Shown piece by piece: positions 12,559-25,599 of a DNA stretch of 64,000 nt. This DNA is from Octopus sinensis (lineage: Eukaryota). The notes beneath the pieces were generated by a model. The model saw only the letters and a list, made by a program, of their open reading frames with translations, had not been told where the DNA came from and did not search any database. Where the stretch lies: the NCBI RefSeq assembly GCF_006345805.1, contig NC_043005.1, forward strand, positions 1,736,001 to 1,800,000, in the 5' to 3' direction. Numbering within the stretch: the first letter of the stretch is position 1; every line of letters begins with the position of its first letter. The position numbers and the translations under genes are program-made.

Positions 12559-15051
12559 CATTTAGAGATTAAGCTAAATCTTAACATACAGGTTGTAGGG
12601 GGGGGGGTGGCAGGTGGGGGAGGAGCTCGTTAACAAGTTTTAGAATCTTGTTTTACCTGTATGGAGAGATTTTGACTGACATCTTTGAATATAGAACAGT
12701 GATATCATCCATTCTTGTAACCTTGTCATATACAGGTATAGATCTGGCCCCTTTGCTTAGGTCTTTTGAAAATCCCGGATCTTTTGGGGTTTGTAAATAA
12801 GATTTATATGTTATATGATTCCAATTTGTTACTGAAATATTTACCTACAGCTTTAACAATCTGACCCTGCTTTGATTTTTGCCTGGATTTCTGCTGTTTG
12901 TTCTTCACTTTCTTTCCATTATTAAAAGCAACATTCGTAGATCAGGAAGAAACAATGTTATAAAATGTGTTTATTTTTTTATTTTTCTATTTTTTTTCAT
13001 TTTAAGATTGATTAGTAAAAACTTTTCAGGAGAAAACTTCAACATTTTAAATCAATTCTAGTTTATTTGTGGTTTATTTCTGGTAATTATTTAATTAATT
13101 TTAGAAAGATGCAAGATAAAGAAGACGAAATCAGAATGGATCAAGAATGGAATTATGAATATTCTTTGAATTCTTGTCTGCTACAATGTCTCATCGGTAA
13201 CTTAAGGAACATTTGTGTATGTTGGTACATCACCATCCTCATCCTCATCCTCATCATCATCATCCTCATCATCATCCTCATCATCATCATCATCATCCTC
13301 ATCATGTAATATCTGTATTCCATGACAGGGCTGTGCCAAGCTGCAATGTCAACATGGCACAACCCTGAGGATGGATGTCTTTCCTAATGGCGACCACTTT
13401 AGAGTGTGTAATGGATGCTTTCTTATGTGACCCCAGTGAGGTAGCCATGTAATTTGTAAGGCAAGGAAAGAAGAGAACGAAGGAAAAAAGAAAAGGGCCT
13501 CTGTGGCAGGGAGTGTGGCTTTTAGGGAGGTGGCATTATGCCAGGTGTTGAGTGGTAAAGGGATAAGACCATGGCTACCCCTCACTAGATAGGGGTGAGA
13601 AGTAGTAACTGGGAAGGAGATAAAAATGATAGTGATGGGGTGCCAGACCAAAGAAAGTGAACATAAGAGAGGATACAGTTAATGGCTGGGGTGGGGTGGG
13701 GGGGAGGTGAGGGTAGAGGTGCAGCTGATGGGAAATGTCAATATATAGAAGGGTAAAGTGGGAGAGATAGCAGTGGGTTAAGAAGGAGGAGATAGCAGAA
13801 GGGGAGGATGTGGGGGAGAAGGAGATGTGGGCAGGGGTGGTGGTACATAAAGGGGTCATAATACAAATATATTTGTTGAAGCAGAAGGTGTGTGGCATGG
13901 AGGCGAATTTATTCTGGAGAATCCCAAAATGTTTTATTGACTCAACCATCCATTTCATCCATTTTCAAGAGAAACTAGTTTCTGCTTTGAAGATGTTCAG
14001 AAACTCCAAGTAAGATAAACATCAAATTTCTAGATTTTAAAGACATAATCTTGAAAATTTTCAGATTTTGAGAATAAATTCTTTGGCCATGTTAGTTTTT
14101 AAAGTTATATAAATTGTAAGAACAAAAAGTCGTAATTTTGAAGACTAAAGAATAAATAATTTCAGTGACATTTGTGATGGAAGCTGCTAGAAATAACAGC
14201 TGAATCTCCTGCAAATCATGTCATGTTTAAAATGGGAAAGAAACATATCTATTCTGCTGGATGATTTGACTTTCGTATTAAGTCTATTGAAGGCTAAATG
14301 CTTAGTGGCATCTCATTTGTCATTACAATCTGAGTTCAAATTCTGCTGAGGTCAACTTTACCTTTCATTCTTTTGGGGTTGATAAAATAAGTACCAGTTG
14401 CACATTGGGGAGGAGCAGGGGTCGATGTAATCAACTAGTCCCCTCCCCGGGAATTTCAGGCCTTGTGCCTCTGGTAGAAAGGATATTAAGTCTATTGACT
14501 GTGGGCTGGCCTGGGGCTATGTTTGTGTAGTAATAATGATGGTGGTGGTGGTGGTGGTTGTTGTCTGATAATGCTGTATTGTGTGTGTGTGTGAGTCAAT
14601 GTAAAATGCTGTGTTTCTGTTAAAAGGTAACTCAACAATGGATGGTTGGGCTTTGAGTTGGTTGGAACCAGTAAAAGACTCAACAACACGCTATGGATAT
14701 GAACTTATCACATCAACACACAAACATTTGTTCTAGATGTTTCTCTCATTCTATATCTTAAAAAAAAACATTATTCAATAAATGAAATCAGCAAATTTAT
14801 TGATCGCAAGATTTGGTTTCTTGACTCCATAATTTGATCTGCCAGAGGCTACCTAGGACTTTCCTCTGTTCTCTGAAAGAAGCCATAAAGCCAATTTTAC
14901 GCTCTCCGCGAACACTTATGAGGAATCACACTCTCAGGGTAGAATGCCATAGAATTCCAGTGGATCTTTAACAAGGAATTTAACTTTGACAAAAACGCAC
15001 AATTCCAGAGAAATTATTCATTTTTATGTTTGAATCATAAAATATCTTTGG

Positions 15052-15092
<41 letters not shown>

Positions 15093-16940
15093 CACAAACA
15101 CACACAAAGAAATATTTGGATAATAACATCGAACATGTTATTAATTCCAAGGTTTCCAAATAAAATTTTCTATGAAAATAGCGACAATCTTTAAAATCAA
15201 CAGTCAAGTGGAGTTTCTTTAAGAGTTGGTTTGAATCTTCATAACAGACGTTGGTTTAAATATTTTCTCCTTCACACCAGATCCACCCCACGACATCTAT
15301 TATTTTTGTAGTTTACATTTCAAATTAAATCTTCAGATATTTACTCTCCTCCACACAACCTCAATCCAATCAATTCCAATCAAAAATAAACAGATTCCAA
15401 ACCATATTTGTAGACGAAGTGTTTTCATTATGGCGACACTTTTCTTCACTAAAATATTTTCGACGAATGTTTTAAGGCTGCTATTTTATGCTTGAAGAGT
15501 TGCAATAGCCATGAAGGAACGAACAGTTGCGTCTTCCTATCCCACAACTGGTGTTCCGTTGCGTTGATGTCTCAGAAATCACTGAGCAACCACCTAACAA
15601 CGAATTTGTTAAGTGATGGCTGTAGCAGTGAGGTGGTGGTGGTTGTGGTAAAGGTTGTAGTGGTGCCTGCAGTTATTTGCTGATGATCGTAGGGAAGTGA
15701 TGAGGCATTCAGCAGTTGGCTAGAAGCAGTCACATTGTGTTCTTGGGCGTGTTTCTTAACTCTACTTGTATAATTAAACAAAATAAAATGTTTCGTTTAG
15801 CCAATAGTCATATATTCTTGGATGAAATTCTTAACTCTGTTTGGATAATTATAGAAAATCAAACAAATATTTCGTTTAGTTAGTAAACATACTGTGTTTT
15901 AGGACGAATTTCTTAACTCTATCCTCTTGTTTAAATAAACTAGAACGAATAAATTTCGTTTAAGCGAAGAAATGCTAAAGTGATCTTTTTCACATTTAAT
16001 TGGATATAAAGTATAAGATGGAAATATGAGATAAAAGAATATTTATATTAACCAAATACCTTGATGATGTCTCGTGTTTCACAGGAGTTAGCGAGCAACT
16101 TGGCAAAATAAATTGATTCCATTAATGAGGCCTATTGGCATTCTTGACATTGGGTCTCTTCACAACTAAAAGTCGTGACCGTTAACGGCCATGGCATCAA
16201 GATAAATAGAAATGGTTTTAAATATTGATTGTAAGCAATCTCTCTCTCTTAATCCTTTTTCCCCCTGTGGAGCACTGGGCCTCAACGGTTGTTTTTAATA
16301 ATTTGACGTAAAAACAACGCCAGACAATGATAAACTTAATACTCGCCGTTGTTCCATCAATTGAACCGTGACTGTTGTTTCTTTAAGCATCCTGCGAACG
16401 GAACTCGTGAAAGGTTACTAATTTCACCTGGTGACTGCTCAGCAATAAAAATAAAAGCTGCTATGAATGATTTAATTAAGCCAGAATAAATTTACATTCT
16501 TGGTAATTAGAAAAATAATTGTTGCTTCTTTGATTAAAAGAGTAATACTAAAGATAATCCCAGAATGGAAATGTTTTATCTATTTATTGTTTTCTTTAAT
16601 AATTATGAAGATGTCTGGTAAATGAATTGATCCGAGACCGTGCGTTTGGAACTAAACCAATTCCAGTCTGGAAGATATAGATTTGCCATTCAAAAACACA
16701 AAAATTAAATATTTATTAATTGGTGTCAAAATTTTCCCCTGAGAAAGAAGCTGGTTTCTAACAAAAATGCAAAGCTCCATCGTTGGAACGAAGGCAATAA
16801 GAATAATGTCACATTTTGAACTTGGGAAAAGTCTTGCAGATTTTTATTGTTCCGCTTACAGATTGTATTTGTAATGTGCGAATCAGTTGGTCGATTTCTT
16901 TTTCTGAAGATCCTAGCTTATCTAGATTATGCATGCGCGC

Positions 16941-17055
16941 ATGTATGTATGTATGTATGTATGTATGTATGTATGTATGTATGTATGTATGTATGTATGT
17001 ATGTATGTATGTATGTATGTATGTATGTATGTATGTATGTATGTATGTATGTATG
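16941..17055. repeat. (TATG)n microsatellite
   Basis: Direct read. Confidence 0.95.
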
Positions 17056-17160
17056 CATGCATGCATGTATGCATGTATGCATATTGTAAAGTGTGTTGAG
17101 GAATGTGTGTGTTTTGGAGAGTTGGATACAGAGTGGCTGAAGTAAACACAAAAAACTGAT

Positions 17161-17192
<32 letters not shown>

Positions 17193-17466
17193 TTGGTGGT
17201 TGCCATAAATGGTACGAGAAACCGATCTAAATAGTATTTAGTTCCGTCTCTTTAGTTTCAAGTTCGAATCGTTGTGAAGTCAATCTTACTCTCCAATCAC
17301 TCGCTGTTCATAAAGTATCAATAAATTAAAATCGATTGGAATGTCATCCTCTCCCTCTCCCTTCTCTCCCTTCCCCCATCTCTCCCCCCCCTGACCCTCT
17401 TCCTTCTCTCTCCATTTTTTAGTTGCCTTGCACCAACATTAAGGATGATTGTTATCGTTGTTGCTG

Positions 17467-17653
17467 TTAAATGCGCAATCTTTTACCGATAGATCGATAC
17501 TCCAGAAGGTGATCATAATTCCAGTCATCATACCAACGACAACTTCCGCTCTCCGATTCGTCACATGTCACTCTGGGTTGGTACTCGTCACGGATTGGTA
17601 GGTGTGGCTTGGGAGGTCGTTTCCCCAATGAGTAGAAACTCTCGTAGTAATAC
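17467..17653 (-). CDS. P4H-like dioxygenase terminal coding exon
   Basis: ctctag|G TAT TAC...TAA; 187 nt; YYYESFYSLGKRPPKPHLPIRDEYQPRVTCDESESGSCRWYDDWNYDHLLEYRSIGKRLRI*; phase matches previous exon. Confidence 0.88.
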
Positions 17654-18018
17654 CTAGAGTCAAAGGAATAAAGAATTACGAAAGGATGTTTATATAGACG
17701 TCACATGACGAGGAGATCACGTAGCTTGAGTTTTCTTAATTACGGCTCTCTACTAATGAATGGCGAGAAAAAAAGAAAGAGAGGATAAGTTCTGAGGTAT
17801 ATCTATGAATGAATGATGAAAACATGAGTTGTGCGACAGATCCAAGTGGTCCCACAGGTGTAAGTAACGCGAAGGGAATCGCTGCAATTGTTAAGCACAC
17901 AACGTGAATAATTTATCATATGCATCTTAGAAATATTCAAGAGGATTTCAAGCCAGAATTGGTATTAATGTCCTGAAGAAATCAGGCATCTGAAATGTAC
18001 TTACGCACGCGCACACAC

Positions 18019-18084
<66 letters not shown>

Positions 18085-18301
18085 TCAATTTAGGGTAGCA
18101 AAAAATTCAGTAAAAATTTATCGCTACCAGCGGCCTAGTGGAAAAGAGAAAATAGTCAAAGACTAAATATGTATAAATATAACAATTTAGGAATGGCCTA
18201 AACAGGCCATTCGTCCACCAGAAAGAGCAGCCAGAACTCCAACCGCCAAGTAGTGTAATTCGGAAATAAGGTGAAAATTTAAAAACATTTACCCTAATTC
18301 A

Positions 18302-18402
18302 TCTTTTATACGATGCATCGTTTCAGTGTCTTTAATGATAGACCAGCTTAATTAAATTAAATTAAGCTAGTCTACCATAGGTCACACTTCATCAGTAAAA
18401 GA
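18302..18402 (-). ncRNA. Type I hammerhead ribozyme, family A, minus copy
   Basis: Reverse complement of 18967-19067; cleavage predicted between 18309 and 18308. Confidence 0.85.
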
Positions 18403-18966
18403 AACCTGGGAGAGACGGACATACACGAGGCGACTGTATCAATGCCTCGGGAATGTCTGTCTTAAAATTTTCAAGACCAACGCATTCGCGCCAAACTTAT
18501 CGGCAGCAAATATAAACTGCCGATTCCATCTCAGAATTAGTCAGAAAATTATCAATTAATCAATTTAGGGTAGCAAAAAATTCAGTAAAAGATGAATTAG
18601 GGTAAATGTTTTTAAATTTTCACCTTATTTCCGAATTACACTACTTGGCGGTTGGAGTTCTGGCTGCTCTTTCTGGTGGACGAATGGCCTGTTTAGGCCA
18701 TTCCTAAATTGTTATATTTATACATATTTAGTCTTTGACTATTTTCTCTTTTCCACTAGGCCGCTGGTAGCGATAAATTTTTACTGAATTTTTTGCTACC
18801 CTAAATTGATTAATTGATAATTTTCTGACTAATTCTGAGATGGAATCGGCAGTTTATATTTGCTGCCGATAAGTTTGGCGCGAATGCGTTGGTCTTGAAA
18901 ATTTTAAGACAGACATTCCCGAGGCATTGATACAGTCGCCTCGTGTATGTCCGTCTCTCCCAGGTT

Positions 18967-19067
18967 TCTTTTACTGATGAAGTGTGACCTATGGTAGACT
19001 AGCTTAATTTAATTTAATTAAGCTGGTCTATCATTAAAGACACTGAAACGATGCATCGTATAAAAGA
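18967..19067 (+). ncRNA. Type I hammerhead ribozyme, family A, plus copy
   Basis: TCTTTTA-CTGATGA-AGTGT...ACACT-GAAAC-GATGCATC-GTA^TAAAAGA: 7-bp stem I, intact core, 5-bp stem II with ~19-bp extension containing G-U pairs, palindromic stem III. Confidence 0.87.
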
Positions 19068-19186
19068 TGAATTAGGGTAAATGTTTTTAAATTTTCACCT
19101 TATTTCCGAATTACACTACTTGGCGGTTGGAGTTCTGGCTGCTCTTTCTGGTGGACGAATGGCCTGTTTAGGCCATTCCTAAATTG

Positions 19187-19221
<35 letters not shown>

Positions 19222-20151
19222 CATACACATATACATACATACATTGTGTGTGTGTGTATGCTTGAGATATGAGTTTTCAGGTTGTTAGATGAGTGATTGT
19301 ATGTCATTACTGTTGAAGGATCGAAGACAAGCTAATATCGATGAGGCTTTAGTTTCTGTGTCTGCAACAGCAAGAATATACTTGGAAATTTAGTATTTAT
19401 GGCTTTCAAATGCATGACGACTGATCTTTTATAGAGAACAGAAAAACAAACTGTTTTTTCCTGTTATTTCTGCTGGAGATAAAATCTGGTTCCTTCTCCG
19501 TCTCTTCGCCCTTGAGCTAAAACCTGATAAAGTAACCCAACATTTACGATTCATAATCAGACACCAGTCAACAGATTTACAACGAATACATTTATTAAAC
19601 AATGTTGTCATTCATATTTACAACTGCATCTATTACACTGAATCAATCTTTTTCTTTCTTTGGTCAGTAAGTTTTACTTCCTATTTGCTTTATCTAGAAA
19701 CCAAAGGGACTGGCTACTCTTCCCTTCAAACTTTGCTTTTGTCACTTGGAGATCAATGCTTTGAAACTGACCTATTTTCCATTATATTTCAGACAAATTC
19801 AGTGTTGAGTTGCTGAAGCAGAAATATCGTTATAGCAAATATTCTGCTCCATACCACAGATTTGCTTATCAGTTGTTTGACCATAACCACTTGAACATGG
19901 CCCTTAGTGGTTGACAATATGTGCACCTCTGAACATGAGTAGTTGGGGAGCATCATAGCCATGTGTTGAGAGGGATTCTTTGGGGTTTGAATAGATATCA
20001 TAACAAAGGCAAAATTTGAAGAAGGAAATATTAGCCATTTTTCATATTTCCTAAGGATGAGCAAATGGGAAATAACAGTTGCTACACATGGAGGAAAATC
20101 GTGTTACACAGTGTTATAGCTACCATTTATGTCATTTATTTTGCAGTACAT

Positions 20152-20559
20152 AGGCGCAGGAGTGGCTGTGTGGTAAGTAGTTTGCTTACCAGCCACATGG
20201 TTCCGGGTTCAGTCCCACTGCATGGCACCTTGGGCAAGTGTCTTCTACTATAGCCTCGGGCCGACCAAAGCCTTGTGAGTGGATTTGATAGACGGAAACT
20301 GAAAAAAAGCCCGTACTATATATGTATGTATATGTATGTATGTATGTGTATATGTGTCTGTGTTTGTCCCCCCAACATCGCTACAAGCCGATGCTGGTGT
20401 GTTTACGTCCCCTTAACTTAGCAGTTCGGCAAAAGAGACCGATAGAATAAGTAATAGGCTTACAAAGAATAAGTCCTGAGATCGATTTGCTCGACTAAAG
20501 GCGGTGCTCCAGCATGGCCACAGTCACATGACTGAAACAAGTAAAAGAGTAAAAGAGTA
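20152..20559 (+). mobile_element. tRNA-derived SINE
   Basis: A/B-box-like head (GTGGCTGTGTGG; GGTTCAGTCCC), internal microsatellite, GAGTAAAA tail. Confidence 0.75.
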
Positions 20560-20646
20560 ATTAATCAAGTTACAGCTATGATAGGACTTCTAGCAATGGA
20601 CGTTTCTACGAATCCAAAAATGAAGCCGTGACCTTCTCATACTTAC

Positions 20647-20785
20647 CATCTTTGGAGAATATATTTATTTCCAGTTTTGACAGGATCAGCCAAATGCTGT
20701 GATAAAGACTCACACTGACCATTTTTGTTCATGTTGTTCCATAGCAGAGCTCTTCCTTTCCGGGGACGCACCCATATTCCTATTT
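20647..20785 (-). CDS. P4H-like dioxygenase exon with distal His and 2OG-binding Lys
   Basis: tctcag|AA ATA...AGA TG|gtaagt; 139 nt; EIGIWVRPRKGRALLWNNMNKNGQCESLSQHLADPVKTGNKYILQRW. Confidence 0.93.
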
Positions 20786-20869
20786 CTGAGACGATATATC
20801 AAGAAAAATTTTAAAGTTATATGCTTTGATTTATGATCAATGTAATCGCAACGATCAGTACGACTGCAA

Positions 20870-21062
20870 TGACGACGACGACGACGACGATGATGATGAT
20901 GATGATGATGATGATTGCGATGAAGACGATGGATATCCTTTTTGCAATGATTATCGGCCTTTCCGTCCGCATGATGATAATGATGATGATGATCATCATC
21001 GTCGTCGCCATCATCATCATCATCATCATCATCGTCGTCGTCGTCGCCATCATCATCATCAT
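20870..21062. repeat. (GAC/GAT)n ... (CAT/CGT)n opposed trinucleotide arrays
   Basis: Direct read. Confidence 0.9.
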
Positions 21063-21510
21063 CCCACCAAAGGGGGATTAAAAATAAACTATTTCCGTCC
21101 CTTCAATCCAGAAAGGATCAGTAAAAAAGCTGCTGAAAACAAAAGATGAGAGTAGAGTTGTCGCCGAAGCCGTGTCGTGAACATCGGTCGACGAATGTTT
21201 ATTGAATGACTTATTAGGAATAACCTCAGACATGTTCCTTTACATACATTTAAAACGAAACGAATTCTACACTAAAACCATCGATTGACAATTTGGGACA
21301 CTGTGATGTTTGTCTTTTCGATCATCTTTTAATCTTGAATCAGTTGTTGATGGAATGTTTCCATTGATATCTTTTCCAATCGTCTTTAGCTGATATGCCG
21401 GAGCTCGACTAATATGGGAAAATAACTAAAAAAAACAAACAAGACAAACATTGCTGTAAACTCATTCCCCATCCATTCATTTCTCACTCTCCTCCTCTCT
21501 CTCCACTAAA

Positions 21511-21663
21511 TTTCTAGAACCTAAGGTTTCACGCTGGTGAAATCAACAATTTTCAACGAATGTTAAAATCACGAATGACACTTTCATAAACTATAACAGC
21601 GGTGATTTTAAGCCTAGTTGAAAATTGTTGATTTTGTCAACGTGAAACCTAAGGTTCTAGAAA
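21511..21663. mobile_element. Small MITE / inverted repeat
   Basis: TTTCTAGAACCTAAGGTTTCACG...CGTGAAACCTAAGGTTCTAGAAA with inner AATCAACAATTTTCAAC / GTTGAAAATTGTTGATT. Confidence 0.65.
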
Positions 21664-21755
21664 GTTAACATGAATTCTATTAAAAAGAATTGTTTCTCCA
21701 ACTACCCGGTGTTGAATACTCAATCTTCCAGCTTGTTATTATCGTGTCTGTGTTT

Positions 21756-21809
<54 letters not shown>

Positions 21810-22621
21810 CGTGAGAGAGAAAGAGGGAGAGGGGGAGAAAAATTCATAGTCAAACTGCCTTCGTCAGACTCAAATACTCTCTAATCGACGTTTTCCAAAC
21901 ATAAACTATCTTCACGTCAAAAGAATCCATCATGTCTAATTATGTCACAATCTCTCCTTAATGTCAATACATTTTAAAACATGTCGACAATAAACCAGGC
22001 TCTATACCTTCCGTTTGTAAATAACCTTGAATGATATCTTAGGAATCGGGAATATATTGGCTTTAGGTATTTAACAAGGATTAACTAGATTCTTGTTGTT
22101 TCATCTTCAGTTTTAAAATTTTTGCTCAATTCATCAGATACTCAAAACATGTTTATAAGAAGAAGAGCTTGTCACGAAATCATTGAATTTAAGGGAATCC
22201 TTTGATAGTCTTCCTTTCTTCCTATTTCACCGTCTCTTCATATTTGTCAAACCTTCAAACCACAACTTTCAACGAACGCAGGCGAAGTTTTTATTTCTCT
22301 TTGATAAGAATTTCATTTCACATTTTCGCAATTTGTCATTTGAAAACCAAGCCAAGTCCTTGCGGCTCACAAAAACCTTCAGTATCTTTAATACTGTGTA
22401 CTCTATAATGTAGTAGTCTTATCTACAGGTTTACCTTAGAAATCTTATTATTAAGATGTTGAATTAGGTTCAAATGCCGCCGGCGTCGATTTTGCCTTTT
22501 ATCCTTTCAGGGTCGATAAATTATGTACCAGTTACAGACTAGGGTATATGTAACCGACTCATCCCCCCCCCCAATTTCAGGCCCTGTGCCTGTAGTAGAC
22601 CAGATTATTAAGACACTGAAT

Positions 22622-22835
22622 AAGGAGGTGAGCTGGCAGAATCGTTAGCACGCCGGACAAAATTCTTAGCGGCATTTCGTCTGCCACTACGTTCTGAGTT
22701 TAAATTCCACCGAGGTCGACTTTGCTTTTTATCCTTTCGGGGTCAATAAAATAAGTTCCAGTTAAACACTAGTGTGGATATAATCCATTTACCCCTCCCC
22801 CCGAAATTGCTGGCCTCGTGTCAAAATTTGAAATC
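22622..22835 (+). mobile_element. SINE of the GAGCTGGCAGAATCGTTAGC family
   Basis: Related copies near 1423-1640, 14310-14485, 22460-22610, 41885-42093, 46440-47480 and 62590-62790 (minus). Confidence 0.7.
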
Positions 22836-23077
22836 ATTGTTAAAATGTTGAATCAGTTAGGTTTAAGAATGCAATACCTACGGTGGAAACGTACAGTATG
22901 TTGACTATTAACAAGATTAGTAAAGTATTTTGACCCCAGAAATAAAAAAAGGAAAATGTAGTATTCGGGGGTTAAGATTCGATCTAAGAAAAATACAAAC
23001 GTTTCACTTTATCGATATTTAGTCATCAATTTAATAATTCCTTGAATTATCGAATGTTTTTGAATACACACACACAC

Positions 23078-23112
<35 letters not shown>

Positions 23113-23229
23113 TATGTATATATATATATATGTATATATATGCATACAAGCGTTATATATATATTATATATATATATATAATATATATATATATATATAC
23201 ATACACACACCCACACATAAATATATATA

Positions 23230-23295
23230 TCTTATCTGATGACAAGCACATACTGGCTTCCAGTCTGTGTGGGTGTGAAAGTTACCCTTCTAAAT
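23230..23295 (+). repeat. Short interspersed repeat, second copy inverted at ~59617-59683
   Basis: CTTATCTGATGACAAGCACATACTGGCTTCCAGTCTGTGTGGGTGTGAAAGTTACCCTTCTAAATAGA matches on the opposite strand, with similar TA-rich flanks. Confidence 0.75.
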
Positions 23296-23386
23296 AGATT
23301 TGTACTTATTCATTAATAAGTATATGTGTGTGTATATGTTTCTGTACATGTACACACACACTCACACACACACACAAACACAAACA

Positions 23387-23432
<46 letters not shown>

Positions 23433-23801
23433 CTCGTACACACACACACACACACACAGAGGCAAAGAGTTGAAAGATGAAACACATCTTTACATTATCC
23501 ATAGAAATAAGATATCGAAGTATCAGTGAAATGGTCTTAATCAGAACAACAGGATTCGATCTCACTACTCTTATACTATACGTTAATCTCCAGTTTTTAT
23601 AGTTGTTCTAACCCTGCCTGTTGATTAATAAGAAACGGGTGTCGGTGTGGGGTGGGGATGGACACAACAATAAACACCAACAAAAAACGTTGACAATATT
23701 AAAACATGGTGTTTGAACGTTTACACTTTTGATATAAAAAATGGCTTCTTAATTCATTCTACTATTTTGTAAACATTTTTTCCCAATTAAAGGTAATTTA
23801 C

Positions 23802-23915
23802 CTGGAAATCTTGTCTCGCCACCTTCAGTCACAGTTTCCAAATAGATGAGAACCGTAGCCACTTTGTCTCGTTGGTCCTCGTTGCGTTCTTGACAGTCCG
23901 TGTGTTTGTAGCAGC
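23802..23915 (-). CDS. P4H-like dioxygenase exon with HxD iron-binding motif
   Basis: tttcag|GC TGC...CCA G|gtaaat; 114 nt; GCYKHTDCQERNEDQRDKVATVLIYLETVTEGGETRFP (H-T-D; YLxxVxEGGETxFP). Confidence 0.93.
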
Positions 23916-24124
23916 CTGAAAATAGCGACTCAATAGGTTGGGATTATGTGACATACAACAAAGAGAATCGGCAATTCTACGCAACATGCATATAATCTTA
24001 CATTCTATACGTAAATATAGAATATGAAGGGTTTAGTTCACTGATCATCAGTGAACGAATAGGTACGCTGAATAAGCGCTATAATTAGTCCTCCGTTAGG
24101 TTCCAAGTTCACAGCTGAAGCTGG

Positions 24125-24192
24125 AGCTCTGATGAGGGCGTACGGCCATGCTAGCCTATCACTTGGCATATCCCAGAAACAGCTGCAAGGCT
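24125..24192 (+). ncRNA. Degenerate hammerhead-like motif
   Basis: AGCT-CTGATGA-GGG...CCC-A-GAAAC-AGCT-GCA-AGGCT; GCA replaces GUH, stem I imperfect. Confidence 0.4.
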
Positions 24193-24331
24193 TCAAATTC
24201 ACCTCATTCTAAAAGACTTGAGGTACTCGTTCCGCCTTGGCTCTTGTTATCCTTTTCCCTCTAATATAATATATACGTAAATATATATGTATACATACTC
24301 ACACTCACGCACACGCATACACACACACAGA

Positions 24332-24412
<81 letters not shown>

Positions 24413-25503
24413 TACACACAGAACCATTAACACTGGACACAGACGGAAACAAGTTGAAAATAAAACAAAAACCTAATTATTAAGGTGGGAGAGAAAAAAA
24501 AGCGGTTTTGAAACAATTAAATTACATAATGTTTTGAGAAGCCATCATTTTGATGAAGGGGAATTGCTACCGGAAGTCAGACATAGAGACATAGATATTC
24601 ATACATATATACACAGACACACACACACATACACTCACTCACACAAACACACTCACACAAACACACACAGCATCCATTGTATACAATCATATAAAACACA
24701 CACTCACCATGCTGCTAATCCGCCTAAAGAAGTGATTATTTCTATTCTGTCAACAAGGAATGGTTTTGATTAGCGTCGAGTGGTTTGGAGCAAGTGGAAA
24801 GACGAGTGGTCAAGAGGAGAGACGTCCAACATCTAATTGGTTCCTCGAGGGATGGAACCTAGGAATCTGTTGATACAATCATTAACTTCATTTTAAGATT
24901 CCGCTTGATTTGCTGGTTGGTTGGTTATTTTTAAAATCTCGACCAGATTTCTAAGAATTGCCAGACCAGTCGCCTGGTTGCGTAGCGAACCAGTGAACCG
25001 TTGGGTTGCGGAGTGAAGAAGTAATGTGATGCGATGCTAAATGAGGGGAATGGAAAACAGTTGGGAAGAGAAGTAGGGAGACACAAGATGAGTGGGTGGG
25101 AGTGCCATTGACATAATGGGCATGGATGGGACGGCCTGAACTACAGTTCGAGGAAATGCACGTCATATGAAATGATCGATACGTTGAGACTGGGGTCTGA
25201 AAGCCGTCCACACGCACACACACACACGCACACACACACACACTGATCCACACACATGCGCACAAACAAACAAAAAGGAACGCAGTGTAAATAACGGACA
25301 GAGTCAAGACTATTGAAAAAGTTGCAAGACGCAACGAAAATTTTAGGAAAATAAAAAGTAAGAAATAAGTGGAAATTTTACCGGTGAGTGTGTTACATTG
25401 TAAGGCACAACAAGAAAATGACTCTCCCCAGACACAATAGAATATGCTTCAACACACGAACTCATATAAAAGATCTTGCAAACCAAATCCAAAAACGAAA
25501 TAT

Positions 25504-25598
<95 letters not shown>

Positions 25599-25599
<1 letters not shown>

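Larger units (their letters stand above)
18080..19190. mobile_element. HHR-bearing 475-bp unit in tandem plus inverted arrangement (retrozyme / Penelope pseudo-LTR-like)
   Basis: Period 475 on both sides (18081/18556; 18591/19066); orientation switches at ~18586-18590; (TA)n on both flanks. Confidence 0.75.

Noticed and set aside
22100-22140. Other CTGATGA/CTGAAGA hits (22130 minus, 15683, 17973, 25688, 37603 minus, 63721)
   Set aside because: No compatible stem II plus GAAAN..UH arrangement; expected by chance.
23230-23295. CTGATGA + hairpin + GAAAG motif as a hammerhead (also inverted at ~59617-59683)
   Set aside because: I could not build stem III ending in UH or a register-correct stem I; kept only as a repeat.
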